Assembly (NCBI GenBank): GCA_002633005.1
Contig: NMRA01000182.1
Coordinates: 257,077 to 321,076 of the forward strand
DNA from: Phoronis australis
Lineage: Eukaryota > Animalia > Phoronida
Reading direction: 5' to 3'
Length of the DNA: 64,000 bases
Positions 48,281 through 63,570 of this stretch are shown in pieces (positions within the stretch are counted from its first letter, which is position 1; the number at the start of each line of letters is the position of its first letter). Both the position numbers and the translations under genes were made by a program. The notes under the pieces were generated by a model. That model was not told the origin of the DNA. It saw only the letters and a list, made by a program, of their open reading frames with translations, and did not search any database.

Positions 48281-51200
48281 TCGGAACATATCTGCTAAAC
48301 TTGCAAAGGAAATGTTGTTCTGTTGGTGAACTTTATATCCTCGGACACCTTTCGATAGTATGAATATACAAAAATATTGACTAGCTTCGTCCATTTGACG
48401 AAATAATAGATAAAGAGAGGAATGTTTTTCAAGGCCAAGGCCAAACTTCCTTTCTTTTTACCCTGACTACCAGTGTTTACTATCATTCCATTGTTTCACT
48501 GTGTTACTGGCACTGTAATGACTGCTAACTGTTGGTGTCGTTGTTTTCCACAGTTCAATCAATGCTTTGAATAGTATCTGAGTGGCTGATCTTCTTGGTG
48601 GGGGGGGGGTATGAAACCTGTCAAATTATGTGGAAAGTATGTTTATAAATCTATTCTGAACTGTGATCTTCTGACTTCACAGCTGTGCTGTGCAGAATTT
48701 GTAAGAAAATTGTATGTCCCAATTTGTAATTTTAAAGACTGAGGGAGAGGTGGTACTGAATAACTGAACTACCATAATTGTTGATTTGCTGATAATGTTG
48801 TGTTTGCAAACATTTCCTGAGTGATACCCGAATGTAAAAATACTAAATTTGTGATGTTATTTGTTTAAAGGGTCTTGTGATGCAATAGCTTAAACTGTGA
48901 GTGGAAAAATACCTGTTTTGTGTGACATAAATTCGTAACTACCAGTATTGTGTTGCGGCTGAGAAAAACTTCTGCTTCCCAATCCAAACTTTCTCACAAA
49001 CAAAATTTCCCCATATGTGTCTGATCTCACCAATTTTTTTATAAATTTTGCTCTGGCATTAGGGTTTTATACAATGGTTGCTCCTTTTTCGCAACCATGA
49101 ATTTTCTTCTCAAAAGTTACCTTATCTACCGAATTTCATATATGCTGTTTTTGTAAGTTCGTGTCACAGTTTTTAATATAGAGTTGCCACTGTTTTCAGT
49201 TGCTTGTTTCAATTAGATTTCATAAAAACCAGGTTCGAATAAGATAGTGTTTTGTTATCAGTGTCAAAAAGCAACAAATGTTTGCCACATCTCTTGGAAG
49301 CAAAAGAGTCATTTACATATCTATACAAGGTAGATCTTAATTTTTCAGCTGCACACCCATTACAAAGAAGAGCTGAGGATATCCCCAGGTTTTGTTTGGA
49401 AATTAAAGTAGCTTCTCCTTCCATCACTTAAACCGACATTTGATTTGGATCACTTAGAGTTATGAAATTGGTCTTATATTCCATCAAGACAGTGATATCT
49501 GTGCTTGGAAAATGACAGTCTCCACAATTTGATTTGTCATGGTGTGTCATTATATTTATTGAGCATGATCTCGAGCACTAATGAATTGTCAGTTGTTTGC
49601 AAGGCAAAATTCACTTCTCAACTAAGTAAGGGACAAATTGAGACCAATTTTATAGCAGTAAGTAGTCAAAATCAAAAGTAAGTTTCTTCAACAGAATACT
49701 AGTTTATAGCCGCCTTAAAGGTTGATTGCCATACGTGTCTTTAGGTTATTTACCGATGAAACCAGTTACTTCACAGTGATTTGTTTCTATATGCTCATCC
49801 CCTGGGTAGTTTGGGAACCCTCTATTTGATGACAGTAGGTGATTTTGATTGCTCGCCTTCAGTGCCGGTTTTGTACCTGTTGAGCTGTAAGTAGATTGAC
49901 CAAGACTGAAAAAGGTATCCTATTTCAGTGTCAGTCAGAAGTAAATGGGTCAGTTTGGACAACTAGAAATCAGGTGTGTGTCAACGACATTGTTTGAAAT
50001 GATATTCCTTCCATTAAACTAAGATCATACTTTATTTAGTGGGAAATGAAGTTTACAAGATGCAAATCCATTAGCAAAGCTTAAATTTTGCCCATAGTGT
50101 GTACACACGACTGGTTATCTTTGGGTGATGACCAGAATCAAGAAAATGAAGTGGTGTATGTTCCAAGAATGGCGTTCTTTGGCGACTTTGTAGGGTCCTC
50201 GATGACTCAATTTTGGGGCTGAATATGGGCTCCATTCCCACTGAAAAAAATATTTTAATTTCACACAAAATTTCCCTTATCAGGCCCAAAATTCTCCTCC
50301 AGAGATTAAAAAATTACCCTCAGGTTTAGAGTCATGTTTAACTCACACAGTGCCTCGAACTGGTGGCGACCATGTGGGTTTTTCCCTCACCCGAAAAATT
50401 CCCCTCTCAATCTCAAAAGCAACTTTGTTCTCCACACTCAAAAATTCAAACGGGTCGCGTTTACAACCACTTTGAAAATTTAGACAGTGTGCATGGTGTG
50501 CATATCCTAGCAAACACACAAAAATGATACTTCATTGTTCAAAATGAACTTCTTGTAGAACTGTCTGTTTTGAATTTAATGACACTCTACTAGTAACTTA
50601 CTCAGTCCATCAGTGATGAACAATTTTTTCCATTGTTGAACTTAAATTGTAATTGAAAATAATCAAACACTACCAACTGTGCGAATTTTGCTATATCTAA
50701 GCATAATATTCCAATTTATTTTGTTCATAAAGTATTTGAATTAAGCACAGCATGATTTTCATACTTAATCAATACAAGGCCTTGTATGCATCCATGAAGG
50801 ACCCAATCAACTTTATAGGATAGGTTAACTGGCTTGGCAATTTATAATTAAGGTTTTCCTGTTGCACCTTACTAGTAATCAACTCTGTTCGGCAGTTCAG
50901 GTCAAAGTAAAATTGATGACTGAATAATGTTTCAATTAGGAATAGCCACCGTATTGTCTTTTTTGTATTATTTTGTAAAGTCATACCGGATAATAGAATG
51001 GCAGGGTAATTGTCATGAAATGTCAAAAAAAATAAGTCACTTAAAATAACCCGCTTAATGTAATGATTTGTTGTCATGTTACCGCATAATTTCAATATAA
51101 AATTTATTCTAATCAGCCTATTAGCACTCGCACCTTCACTATTCCATCTGAAAAAACAATTCATCCTCAATTCATTTGCCTGGTCGGAACTTGGCACTAG

Positions 51201-52362
51201 GGAAAGAAGTCAGTTGGTTGTTTCCTGTTGAACTGCATTACTGTCACCGCCTCTCTGTGGCTTACATGATCAGTTTGTAAGAGGGGTTATAATGGCTTCC
51301 TAGTCTGAACCCACTTAATAGAGGGTGCCTCTGTATTATCATAATTTATGTCAAAACCGAGGTTATGAAATTAAGTGGGCTCCACTGTATAAATAGCACA
51401 TATCTTTTGACCTTATAGATCTTTCATAATGTTGCAATACTCTAAAATACCATACTATTTTGAAAAGCTGTTTTTTATAATTGAAAAAGGAGTCTTTTTG
51501 ATTACTGCAATCTGTGTCTTCCTGGTTCAGACATATGGTATGGCACTTTTGAAAATCTACATGGTGATGCAACAGATTATGTTATGTCAGTCAATAATAA
51601 AGACTGAGCAAAAAGCTAAAAATCGTATCTAGGCCAGTCCCTTCAAGATGAAACATTGAGGCCTATCACTAAAACTTTGAAGTTATTGATTTTGTCTTGG
51701 GAAAGGCTTTTCCAGTGAAGTTTTCCATATAGTAACAGAAGTGTGATTGTAGTAGCATCTTCACACATCTTCTTATATTAGTTTGAACCCAGTGTCGATC
51801 TCATTTTAATGACAAACGTTACCCTTTTCACTACTATTGCAAAAAATACATAAAAACTGTCGACTGGTGTTTCTTCATTTACCCACCATCTTGCAACATA
51901 GAATTCATTTTGGCCTCAGAGCTTAAAGATGTACCGGTATTTGCATGTTCCAAACAATGTTAAATAAATGTATAGCAGGAACTAAACGACATTGTTATTT
52001 GAACATCATCTACACTAAACAATGTGCAGTTGTATTCATTGACAACTTGTAAATTTATGTGAAATCAAAAAGTCTGAAAATAGGTGACCTTTGCACTAAT
52101 GACATACCTTGGGGGCTCTCATAACCTGCATCATGCAGTGGTATTCCCCAACACCACGTCACGATACCTACTGGACACAGTTGAGTGATTTACGGCGGAT
52201 CGTTTTCAACACAAAAGTCGTTCTTGAAAACATTTTGTAGTTTTCAACGTACTTCATATTCACATCGTAGCTGTATATTGTGTTTCTAACTAATTTGACG
52301 TAGCAATCACACGGATAAGGAATTAGATTGCAAGTTCTGCCTTAAAGTATGCGGGTCAGTTG

Positions 52363-52553
52363 AAGGCCCTGTCGCACCAACAGAAGATAGTTTTCACTAC
52401 GTTCTCAAGAATTTTGGCATCAAAGGGACTGAGTGGGAAGTGAGTGAAAGTCGGAGACGTCGAATTTAACGGATAGCCCATCCTCTTCCAGTTTCACTGT
52501 TATGTTAAGAGGGACTTAGACATTGTAAGAGTGAGTTTGGTGTGACGGCCCTT
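52363..52553. mobile_element. Small MITE-like element
   Basis: Imperfect TIRs aaggccctgtcgcaccaa and ttggtgtgacggccctt. Confidence 0.45.
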
Positions 52554-55500
52554 ATAAAAATGAAAAAATCTCACCATTATAAGACACGAAATGGCAAAAA
52601 AAATTTATTTTCACATTTTTCCATGAAATGTAAGCACCATAATGCAAAGTTAATGCTTTTCTGAGCTGTTGTCGTAACTACCACCACACTATGTTTTTAA
52701 ACATTGTTTGGAATCACAAAAATATTAGAAACTGTTAAATGAAAAAATTTGCAATTATTTTTGCCAAAGTGACATTTTTGTATACTTATGGAATACATAG
52801 TCATCACAATGCACCCTCATCAATATCAATGTGCCAATGGTACAAGACCAGCAGAAAAAAGCTATTTTTGATTTGGTTGTCACATAGTTTTGTTGTATGA
52901 TGAACAGTGTTTTAAAACGTTCGAAATAACAATATGTCAACCTGCATGGCATTTATAGTTCTGTAATACATACCGTACAATAACAGTAATAACTACACCC
53001 AGAAATGGCAGTACTGCAAGCTGCAATTTGTTCAAATCAGTGTACCATAACATTATGTAGGACCCGAGAAAAATTTCCAAAATTGGCAAAATTTTGGAGC
53101 AGCATAACTCAGAAATGGCTGCTTGAGTTCATGTAACTTTCAGATGCTGTGTTTCGTGCACTGTTCTCAAAAAGTAATTATTTTCAAAATGTTGCACTTT
53201 TTCAAAACATAGGACTTACATGACATGATTTGTCTGAAAAAAAATGAAAAGTTGCATGAAATGAAAGCAAAATAATTTAGATAAATATAACATTTTGAGA
53301 CCCGCGTTCATCAATTTCAGCCACTAGGTCTCGTGTTTTTTTAAAGCTTTCCAAAGCCAAGTAAGTAAGGTTTGAAATGCCATGATTTGCCAAGTAACAA
53401 TTAAAAAATAAATTCCGCATCATTTTTTGCTTGCCAGGTGGAATTTTTTTGAAAGAGTGGGCAATAAAAATGGCGCACCACCTACAAGGTTTTCAGAAAA
53501 AACAGACCAGAACCAGCTATTCTTTTTTACCTAAAACATAAATGTCATTTATTACCACTACATTTTTGTGACTAAAAATGAATGATGTGCAAACTGCAAA
53601 CATGTGTTGCCCCTAGGTAGGTTTAGAGTTTTTGATGTATACAATCAGCTTTTTAGTCGAAAAACATTTTTGGGTTGGCTTTAAAGCTACAAATTTCATT
53701 TTGTGTCGATTATTTTATTAGAAATCACCCATTCCTGACGTTGGCTTCTAGTCATTCAGTAGAATTAACTGAAATCGAGGCTGTCGGTGACCTCATACGC
53801 TTAAAATACTAGCAGGACTCGACACATAGCAGAACGTAACCTGGCAAAATTCTTGCAGGTCGCTAAATGGGAAATGAGTTCCTCAAAACAAACTACTTTT
53901 GCAAGGATGGAAAAATTCCGACTCCCACGAATGATGCACAGTTGTCATGGAAAAAATAAAATTTCTGAATTGAAGAACTGATGAACTAAGGGCCCAAAAT
54001 ACATTGTATGCTCAGCAATGGCCAATACCTTCCTCAGGCACAATATTTCAGGCATGCTCAACTTAGTCCTGCCTCAGGTAGAAGCAGATGATCATTACAC
54101 GTGTGCATGAGACATGACCTGGCCCTGTCCGTTGTCGAACAATTCCGACTCCCATCTGTTAACTTCCTGCTCGGATATGTCCATGGTGAATTTGTGGCGA
54201 CTTGTGGTTTCTATCAGGTCAGTAAACAAAATCTGAGATCACAAACTCTAGTCCTGACTAGGCTACTCGCTGCGTTGTCTTTTAGCTCTGCTAAAAAGCA
54301 TCGGTCGGCTGAGGTCGTGGGTTGGACTTGTCTTTGTATGAGCTGATCTCACCAATACACAACACTCACAATTTCACTTTAAATGCAAGAAATAAGAGAC
54401 TCGCAAAATCTGGTGTGTTTAAGCAATCAACTGGTAGCATTTGCACACAAGAAGCTCAAAAATGCTTTCATACGTTTTTCTGCTGATGATTTTAAATGAA
54501 TGCTTTTGGCTGTTAGTAAGTATTCATTTCAAATGGGAGAAACAAGATCTGCTAATAGTGGCCTGTTATAGATTTCTCCCTTGTCATCGGAAAAATTTTA
54601 TATCTCAAATATCCTGTTTATGTGAATTATTAACATGATTAGAATACACAAGATTTTTATATTACTGAGGTTTATAACTTGGTAATACTCTGAGTGTGGT
54701 ATTAGTCAAAAAGTTTTCTACCAAAGTTTGAACAGTTGCCTATTGTCAGAAAGTTCTATCTTCATTCATGACATTTACCCATTGCACCTTTTAAAACTGG
54801 TTTCATGTTAACAGGAATAATAAGTTATCTTCATTGATTTTCATTGCGCATCATGCTGTTGCAGGATATCCTGCTGTCTACCAGATGAGTGCAGGCAGTC
54901 AACAAAACTGTCACCATGATAATGCCTTTCATTTTCACATTTCCTTCTGATTCTCACTTGTGAAATGGATTTAATTTACTCCACTCCAAATTTTTGAACA
55001 ACAGAATACTGCCACCTGCTTTCCTAACCTGTGTTACCAGGGGTTACAAACCACAAGTGTGTCAATCTTTGTTCACCCATTACCTGTTACATAATCTGGT
55101 AAAGGTAGAGATAATACCGACTATCTTGCAAAACAACCATGTACTTAATTGAATAATTTGGTTGATATTTTTTGGTTATTGGTTTCGTTTTTTAAGCCAC
55201 TTTCATTTCTTTGAGGCAGCTTCACTTTTTGTTTGCTCTGTTCACAACATTTATTTCCCTTGTTTAGTTCCCTTAGCTGCACTGCCTCTCATTGTTGAGA
55301 CCAACTAAACCACACTGACGGAATATGTTATTGTCACGCGGGGGTTGTATGAAGAAATGTTTTGTTAATCGCTTTATGTAAAAACAAAGGTCAATACATG
55401 TCGTTACATCATGGAAATATCCATACAGTGAATCTGTTGTTTCTTGCGTGCTTTTACTGCCCTGTTCTCTGTTAGAGTTGTATGTTCTTCGCCCACTATT

Positions 55501-58500
55501 CCCTGTGTTCTATTTATAGAGTGCCTTGACCCCTTGTACAAATAGACTGGTCCAAGTCAATTGATATCTAATGTAAATCAGCCTCTTGGTGAGGTTATTG
55601 TGTGCTGGCTGATCCAGCTGCCTTTTCCAACCTATTTGGACTGGACTGGGAAGAGGAATTTAAAGATAACTAATTTGTTGAAGGAGGGGAAGGTTATTTT
55701 TTCAGATAATGTTTTTGTTCTTTATGTTACTATGTGATGCAGTGTGTATCTTGTAGACTGACCTGTGGTTTAAATGTATACATGTGTGGACTTGGTCAGG
55801 TGATAGTTGGAAGACATTTTGTACTCAGAGGGTGTGATATGCCTAACATTTTTGTTCCAAATGATGGAAATTTTCAAAGGAATAGAAAAATTAGCTATCC
55901 TGTAGGTTAGTTGGATAGTTGAGCTCAACAAACGTGTTAGTTTCATAACGTTTTCTTTAATATTTTGGGAAAACTTCTGTGTCAAAATGTGACAAATATT
56001 GTCCTAGCCATTGAGGATGTGTTGTGAGTCATGTACTTCACCTAATTTTGTACACTGAGCTTGGGTTGAATAATTACTGTTTTTAATGAACATAGTGTTT
56101 TAAGAAATCTATCAACAAGTAGCATTTGGCATTATTTGTGATTATGCTTTGTCAAAAGTTGTAAAAAAAATATTGCTTTTATAATGCTCAAGCTATTTTG
56201 GAAATGATTCACACTGCTATGGTATCTTTATTAGCTTTCCTGGGTATTTGGGTAATTTTCTGGTGTGGATAGATGTTTGCTGGTTTCCCCAGTTATCTCA
56301 ACAGGTATAACAACAGTGCACGTTAGGGTTTTCATAACCAGGCAAGTTGAAGGAAATCAATCTTATGGACTTTGACTTTATTGTTGATTGACCTGGCTAC
56401 GACCATGATGAGTATGCGCCACTTCACTAGTTACCTTCACTGGTCTTGCTGAGAGTGCTAAATACAGGAATTTTAAGCAAATTACATTTGTTTTCTATAG
56501 TCAAAAAGTTTGATGCTGGATCTTTGATGGGATTAGTTATAAATCTTGAATTTACACTTTACTTTCATAGTGGCAATAAAGCTGCCTTTGGTCATGAGCT
56601 ATGACACTTTCTATTTTGAAACTGATCTCAAATTCATGGATGATTTCTGAGCTATAGAGGAACTGAGATTTCGGTAGTATATAGCTTAAGAGAGCACGCT
56701 CTGTGCATAAAGTGACACGCTGCAATATGCCAACTTATAGAGCCTGCAATAACGAAGTGTCAGAATTGTCTCTTATCTGAATAATAAGGAACAAGTTGCT
56801 GCCATGTTTACAGCCACATAAGTAGTCTAAACCATTAGTTATTTTTTACCGAAGGTGGGTTTACAAAAGTTCTTTTTGTGGCATTAAATAATTAGACTGT
56901 ATAATTCAAGCTGTATTCATTGCATTATATAGGGTAGGCATACATTTAGACTTCAAACCAATAACTGGCAGTCTTTCTCTGTGTGAGCTTCCTTTGTTGT
57001 CAAGACTCACTGTTATTGAAAGTGTTATTCACTGTGTGCCATGTGGCCAACTGGTAAGTCACTGGTGATAAGTACAGGTCAAAGGGGTTCTGTTGGAGGT
57101 GATCACCTAGTCTAGGCATTGCTCATCCATTCTGGGTCATTTATATAGGTTGAGGGTAGAATTCTGTTGATTCCTGAGGAATTATGTTTGGTAACTTAAC
57201 CTATGATAAAGTTTGTGTGTATTGGCATTTGATTATTGGATGAATGTTTAGTCAATGACTGTTCAACCATTGTTTCATTGTTCAAATGCATACTTCCCTT
57301 TTCTGATGTTTAATTATTGTATGGTTTCTGCTGAAATATGGTCTTTTTCCGTAACTACTCTTTAACAGACAGAGAAAGATATTTAGGGACTTGCTACTGA
57401 TTTAGACGTAATCAGTTTCATTTTCATAATGAGAGGCTTGTAAATTGACTGGAAAGGAATATTTCATTGAAGTTATTGCTTTTTTACCTTGGGTTGAGGA
57501 AAGTATAAAGGTTGGACATTATCATCATTGTTATACAAAAATAAACCCTGGTATTCAGTTAGATTTGTTCTCATATCAGTGACTTCTGATCTGAACACAG
57601 ATTAGGCTAAAAGCTAAAATATCATGAACAAAGGTCAGGCAAGGCTGGGAGTTTGTGGATGGGCACCGTTTTTCCCATTTTGTCTTAGGAGAAGTACCTT
57701 GAGTTGTTAAGACTGGCCATGTCTTCATCTTGATAATTTATGTTTGAAGTTTAAGTATTTATTTTGTTATTTATTGAAGAAATGTTTAAAAACCTTAAAT
57801 TATATTAAGTTATATAATGCTGTACAGGTGATATAACTATTACTTCGGGACGCGTCGTTTCACTCTGTGGTGAGAGTCTGATGATTTGATTTAATTTTGC
57901 AAATTTAGAAGCAAGGGAAAATTGTGAAATGTGGCAAGTCTACACATGCAATGATGTGCTTGTTTTCTTTGGTTATACTGTGGTTAGAATGGATTTATTT
58001 AAATTGTTGTGATATTTACTCCATTCTTATTTTATGTCACTTGGAAATAAGGGATGCCTGGCTTGCCGAAGCACCACACACAAGCTGATTTTAATTTTAG
58101 AAATATGTTATGCCATTAGCTCTAACTTTTTATGAATATTGGCCTTGGTTATTTAATTTTATGTTCAGAATTTTATTTATTGCTTTCATATGTAAGACAC
58201 CAAACATGTTAGGGTATTAAAATAAGAGTTTCATAGTTCACACTTATTTGCTTTGTTCATTATTTTATTGTAGTTGAAACAAGGATGTGGCTTATGTTTA
58301 GTGCTACTCAGCTGTCATTCTTGAATTCTTAACCAAATTGCTTCTACGTTTACAAACATTATCATCTAATCTTGAATTGTTTTTTAATATTTTAAAATTG
58401 TAGTATGCACTCTTTAGTGTTGATAATAATCATGTTATTTGGTATAGGTTATTTCTTGTCAAGCTTTTTATTAATTAAATATGTCAAATCACAGTTTTTG

Positions 58501-59762
58501 TTGAGTGATTGCTTCACTACTGATACTTTTGCGGACATCTCGGAATGTTTCACGTTTTTCAACATTGATTTGGGTCTGATCGTTTTGTGGTCTGTGTTAC
58601 TTAACAATCATGTTGTTAAACTTTATTGTGTTTTTAGAAATGGCTGTAGTTTCTGTGGTAAATGCCTGATGATTGTGTTGGTTGTCCTGAGTTTTTGTCA
58701 GTACAGTCGTTTATAAATCAACATGATGTTCCTATGAACAACCTGTTTTGAGTGTTGCTCTGTTTGGCATTTGTCAAATTGTGATTCTTAGACTTTAATA
58801 GTAATTTTGGCTGAATGAAATCATATAAACTTTCCAAGAAATTGGGAAATGAACACAATAAAAACTTGTATGACCCCAGTAGGAAATTTCTGACAATTTG
58901 GTATCTTTCTTAATGATTTTTGTTGTATGGTGAGGGAAAATGGTTTTAAGAAAAAAAAACTAGCCAAAAAAGGAAAGTCTCATAATGGATGGCTAAAGTA
59001 GTGGTTCACTTTTGCTTAACAACGTCTTTAGCATTAAGTGTTACATAATTCCTATTTACAGTCTAAAAATCGAAATCATGGAATTAGCTGTTTCAAACTT
59101 TTCTCAGATTTATTTTCCGTTACTGTAGTTGGTTTCTAAAAGGAACCAAACCGACATTTGGTGGCTCATTGTGGATGGTTTGACATCCTTTTTACTTGTT
59201 AACATGCTCTTTTGAGGATGTATGTCATATATATCATGATGTGGATACGTTTGAAATGCCATTGTATGTGTAGGTAGTGAATATGAAATTAATACCCCTT
59301 TAAAATAAGTGTTCAAAACCATTCTCAGTGGACTGTATTGATGCAGAAACTCTGTTAAACACTGCGAACTCGTGCTGTCTTTATACGAATGTGATTCACT
59401 GAATGATGAAAACTTGAGCCATGTTTCTGAAACTGTGAACTTGCTCTGTTTAAATCAATCATTTTGTTTTTTAACAATTTGTTTTTATTGAAAGCATGTT
59501 CACTCACCTTGAAGATTTTCTGTTATAAGCCCACTGGTTGAATCTCAAGATGGACCTTTCTGAAGAAAACTCGAGTAATGTACTTATGCATTGTGTTGTT
59601 TTGGCCCTGTATCATGTCCAGGAGTTCCAACAATGGATAAATGGGAGATATCTCGAATATAAATGTGACAAAGCAGTAGGAGGTCTGGGTCTCCCTGGAT
59701 TCTCGCCTGACGAGGAGTGTCTGTGTGATTTCAGAAGACTCCATTGTTGCTTTTTGTTTCAG

Positions 59763-59869
59763 GTATATCATGCCAGTTAGCGGTAACAACATGGATCATG
59801 ACCCTTCCAGCCATGAACTGCCAGCTAGCTTACAGCTTAGACCCTCAAAGAGTTACAAAACTCAGACAG
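59763..59869 (+). CDS. Exon of a putative PR/SET-domain (PRDM-like) protein; gene probably continues beyond the window
   Basis: Strong acceptor tttttgtttcag, ATG at 59770 and donor cag|gtaggg (phase 1). MPVSGNNMDHDPSSHELPASLQLRPSKSYKTQT(G) resembles the PR-domain opening LPxxLxLRxSxxxxxxG(VW). The identity rests on about 20 residues. Confidence 0.5.
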
Positions 59870-62046
59870 GTAGGGCTTTGTCAGTGTGTGTTTCTGTACG
59901 CTCGCGAAGTTTGGTGAACATGCAAGATGGGCGGAGTTGACAAAGACAGTGTGAATTCGTTTATTCACAGTCATTTAACAGTGGGACTTTTGCATGAATC
60001 GTTTCAATATCCCACCACTCAACAGTGTTAATTTGTACTGAAAGAAATAACGAAAAATGTCAAATGCCACTGCCTTACTTGCAAATCTCCATCACTGTTG
60101 GGCTGCTGGTGGCACTGAATGTTGTCTACCAAATACTTGAAAAAAGGCATTTCATTATGTTGGGGTGGTATTACAAAATGGCTGTTAATTGCTTTTGATC
60201 AGAGTAGGGTACACTTGTGTAAGCTGGATTCATTTTGAGTTTATTTATTTTTTTGTTTTTGATTGGTCAGCTCATTAAATAGAGCAAAATCTCTGATATC
60301 CAACGATAATAATTAAGTAATGTGTCTTTCTTCATTTTTTAAGGTCTTCTAGTGAATGCCAACTCATTTCAAAACACTGTCTTGTTGTAGTTATAGCGCA
60401 GAACATGACTATGGGAATGTATCAGTTTGGTGCTACGTATCTTCCATAGAAAAATGTCAAAATAATATTTTCCTATTTGGCCATATTGTGTCCTAATTTG
60501 GTGACATTTCTAAGAACTGTTTTTTCTCAAGTGTTTCATATTGGAGTTTTTATGAGCTCGGGGTGTCTATTTGGAAATTATCAAGTTAGGACATAAAATC
60601 AAATCCTAATATTTGCCTGGCTGTATATCTGGAAGACACTAATAGACATTGTGGTGAGTAAACACTGTGGCCAGTTTGCAAATATGAAACCAAGGGTGTC
60701 ACTACATCACATTGTTGATGAATCATTGTCTGATTTGTCCCCCCCAGGTAGAAGTTTATTGTTGAAAATTGGCTTTTGTTATGATTTTGGTGTTCATTTT
60801 CCATAACACAGGGAAAGTTCTAGGATTCAACTGTGTTTTTTTCCCAAATGTACACCGTGGGCGTATCTGTGAAAACTTTTCTTATGTACATATTATCTAC
60901 AGCTAATGGGCATTATGTAAAGATGTGTCTTTATGCGGAGAACTCTGATAGGCACGTGTGTCTGTTGAGCTTCATTTACTGGGGGCAAGCAGATATCACT
61001 CGTTTATGCATGGTCTGTCATGTCAATTCTTAGCACTTCTGCATTTTATTTAATACCCAACTGTCAAGCTCTCTTGAACACTTTCATAGTACATTGTGTA
61101 TTTGAGAGGTTGGCCCACTTTTAAGATTGGAAAGGACAATTACGTTTGTGTCCTTGGATTGTAAGTGTAAGAAATCCTTATGTTTGCACTCAGCATAGTT
61201 ACGTAAATTGTGGTCAGTGCCTCCTGTTCGAATAAGCAGCTGTGGACATTAATGGTAAAATCTCACCAGTTTAAGGTAATGATTGCCAATCTTTGTTTAT
61301 TTTTTCCAAAAATCCATTGTTAAGATATTGTATAAAATTACGGGACATCTTTACTTTCAACAGACTTCAACTGGTACTTTAAAAATTCTCCAGTTTTGGC
61401 AGTCTTGAAAATTTGGGACAACAATATTCAATCCAACATTGAATGTTTTTGATTCTGAAGATTAGGAGATGGGGAATTTTGATGTTCATCATATTTCTCA
61501 AATATGGAACACTGCATTTTGTATCAGTGGAGTCTAAAAATAGACTTGGCAGTTAATAATATCATTGAAAACAGCCATCGAAGCAATGTTTTCATGAGTC
61601 TCCATAGTGTACAACAGCGAGGTAAATTATTGTTTGACGTTGATTGTAATTCTTGAATGTGGTACGTAGCCAATATTGTCTATTTCTAAAATTTGGTACA
61701 AGCTCTGACTTTAAGCAAAATAACAAATTTTTCACTGTCCCAACCTGGAGAATTTTTACTGTATTGAAAAACCATAATTGGCCATTTTCAGGCCTTCTGA
61801 TTTTTCATGTTTTTAGCAAGTTTGACCAGTTTGCCTGAAAATTTTCACGCATATCATTTGCTCTATGTCCAAAGAATCTGTATTTCAGATTTTCTTTCGA
61901 ACAATGGAGATACAGTCTGTCAAAAAGGAAGCCTTACAGCCGCTTTAAACCATGTTTTTGTTTTAGAATCTTTAACTTTCTTCACTCAGGAGTTCAAGGG
62001 TGAGATGCCCACTACTTAGTCTGATTGAATTTCTTTATTTGACCGC

Positions 62047-62122
62047 TGGTCCCGATGACTCAGTGGACTAGAGCATGTGCACGGTTAGCAGGAGGTCCCG
62101 TGTTCAAGTCCAGGTTGGATCA
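62047..62122 (+). mobile_element. tRNA-derived SINE head or tRNA pseudogene
   Basis: A-box-like tgactcagtgg and B-box gttcaagtcc. The acceptor stem can pair (tggtcc/ggatca), but the anticodon and T stems are broken. Confidence 0.55.
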
Positions 62123-63100
62123 GAAATCTTTTCAGACTTATATTTATTAAGTCACATGATATGGCCACAGGTGGCGTGTTGACCAGACTTAATAACGTTT
62201 TGCGATTTCTTCACTTTTTGCTCTTCCAAAGCAAGGATCATCACATTCTTATCCTTGACTGAATTCAAATATAATACTATAGAATTGCCTGTAATTCCCC
62301 TGACATCCACATTGCCTTGGCGGCCGAAACTTACCCCTTGTGACAAGCAAGTTAATATGCGCCGTTATTGCCCTTTAAGATGTTTTCTAAGCAGGATTTT
62401 GACGTATGATATCTCTACTGTTTGAGGTTAAATTAATGTTCTCTGTGTACAAACCACACAAATTTTATAGTTTAAATATGAAAGTCATCTGCATTTTAGT
62501 TTTTGTTTTGGAAATTTATGTTCAAATTAGAAATGACACTTTCCACACAAATTGGTGGTCACGTGATCATAAGTGACTGTCTGGTGTTCTGAGCCTTGGA
62601 TTCAGCTTTTCATTCATTTTGGATTCAGAAAATATATACTTAGATGGACTGACAATGAACATCTATAATCAATTTTGGCAAAGCATGGAAAGGCTTCAAG
62701 AAGGTTGACACTTGCCTTAAAACACAATATGGCGGAAAAGTGATAATTATACAATAGCATTTTCGCTCTTACCTGTTGCTATGCTCGTCTTGTGGTTAGG
62801 CAGGTCAGTAGCTTGAGGAGAGGTCCAAGATAGCCAGGGATTGTTTCTTGATGGTTGCCTTGTTTTTTTTTGTTGGCTATGCTTAGTCTGTTTTACGAAC
62901 TCAGACTAAGGCTAAAGGTCAGGAAATCTGTCTCTAACTTTAATCCAAAAGACAGAAATCTGTAGCCTGCTCAGGTGCATACCAAATGCCAAAGGAAAGA
63001 GCCGCTTTTGGCTATTTGTAGTCAAGTACTTGACTTTTGAAATAGGCCCACGGTCTTGTTTACCTTTTGAAAACTGAATTGTTGGTGGGTTCTGTAGTAG

Positions 63101-63328
63101 ACCCTGTGGGACAGTGTGCTGTGTGTACACTCTACCCTGTAGGGACACTGTGCTGTGTGAACACTCTACCCTGTGGGACACTGTGCTGTGTGAACACTCT
63201 ACCCTGTGGGACACTGTGCTGTGTGAACACTCTACCCTGTGGGACACTGTGCTGTGTGTACACTCTACCCTGTGGGACACAGTGCTGTGTGAACACTCTA
63301 CCCTGTGGGACACTGTGCTGTGTGAACA
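63101..63328. repeat. 33-bp minisatellite, about 7 copies
   Basis: The unit ccctgtgggacactgtgctgtgtgaacactcta repeats in tandem. Confidence 0.95.
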
Positions 63329-63570
63329 GTCTCACTTTTATGTTAGACTAGCTTGGAAAATAACAGAAAACAATTTTGTCTTTTGTTTAAAATCTGATCA
63401 GATTTTTACAACACTTGTAATTTGTTATTGTGAAAATTCTCCAGTTTAGGACACTAAAATTCAAGCCGAAATTGAATATTCGTGTTTCTGAAGATTGGGA
63501 CATGTGCGTTTTTGGTGTTCATCGCGTTTCTCACATATGCGTTCTGTATCAACAGTCTGGAAATAGACTT

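Noticed and set aside
62047-62122. Functional tRNA gene
   Set aside because: The anticodon and T stems do not pair properly, so it is treated as a SINE head or pseudogene. tRNAscan-SE would settle it.
63101-63328. 33-bp repeats encoding Cys/His-rich peptides
   Set aside because: This is a simple minisatellite open in several frames on both strands, with no splice-site support.
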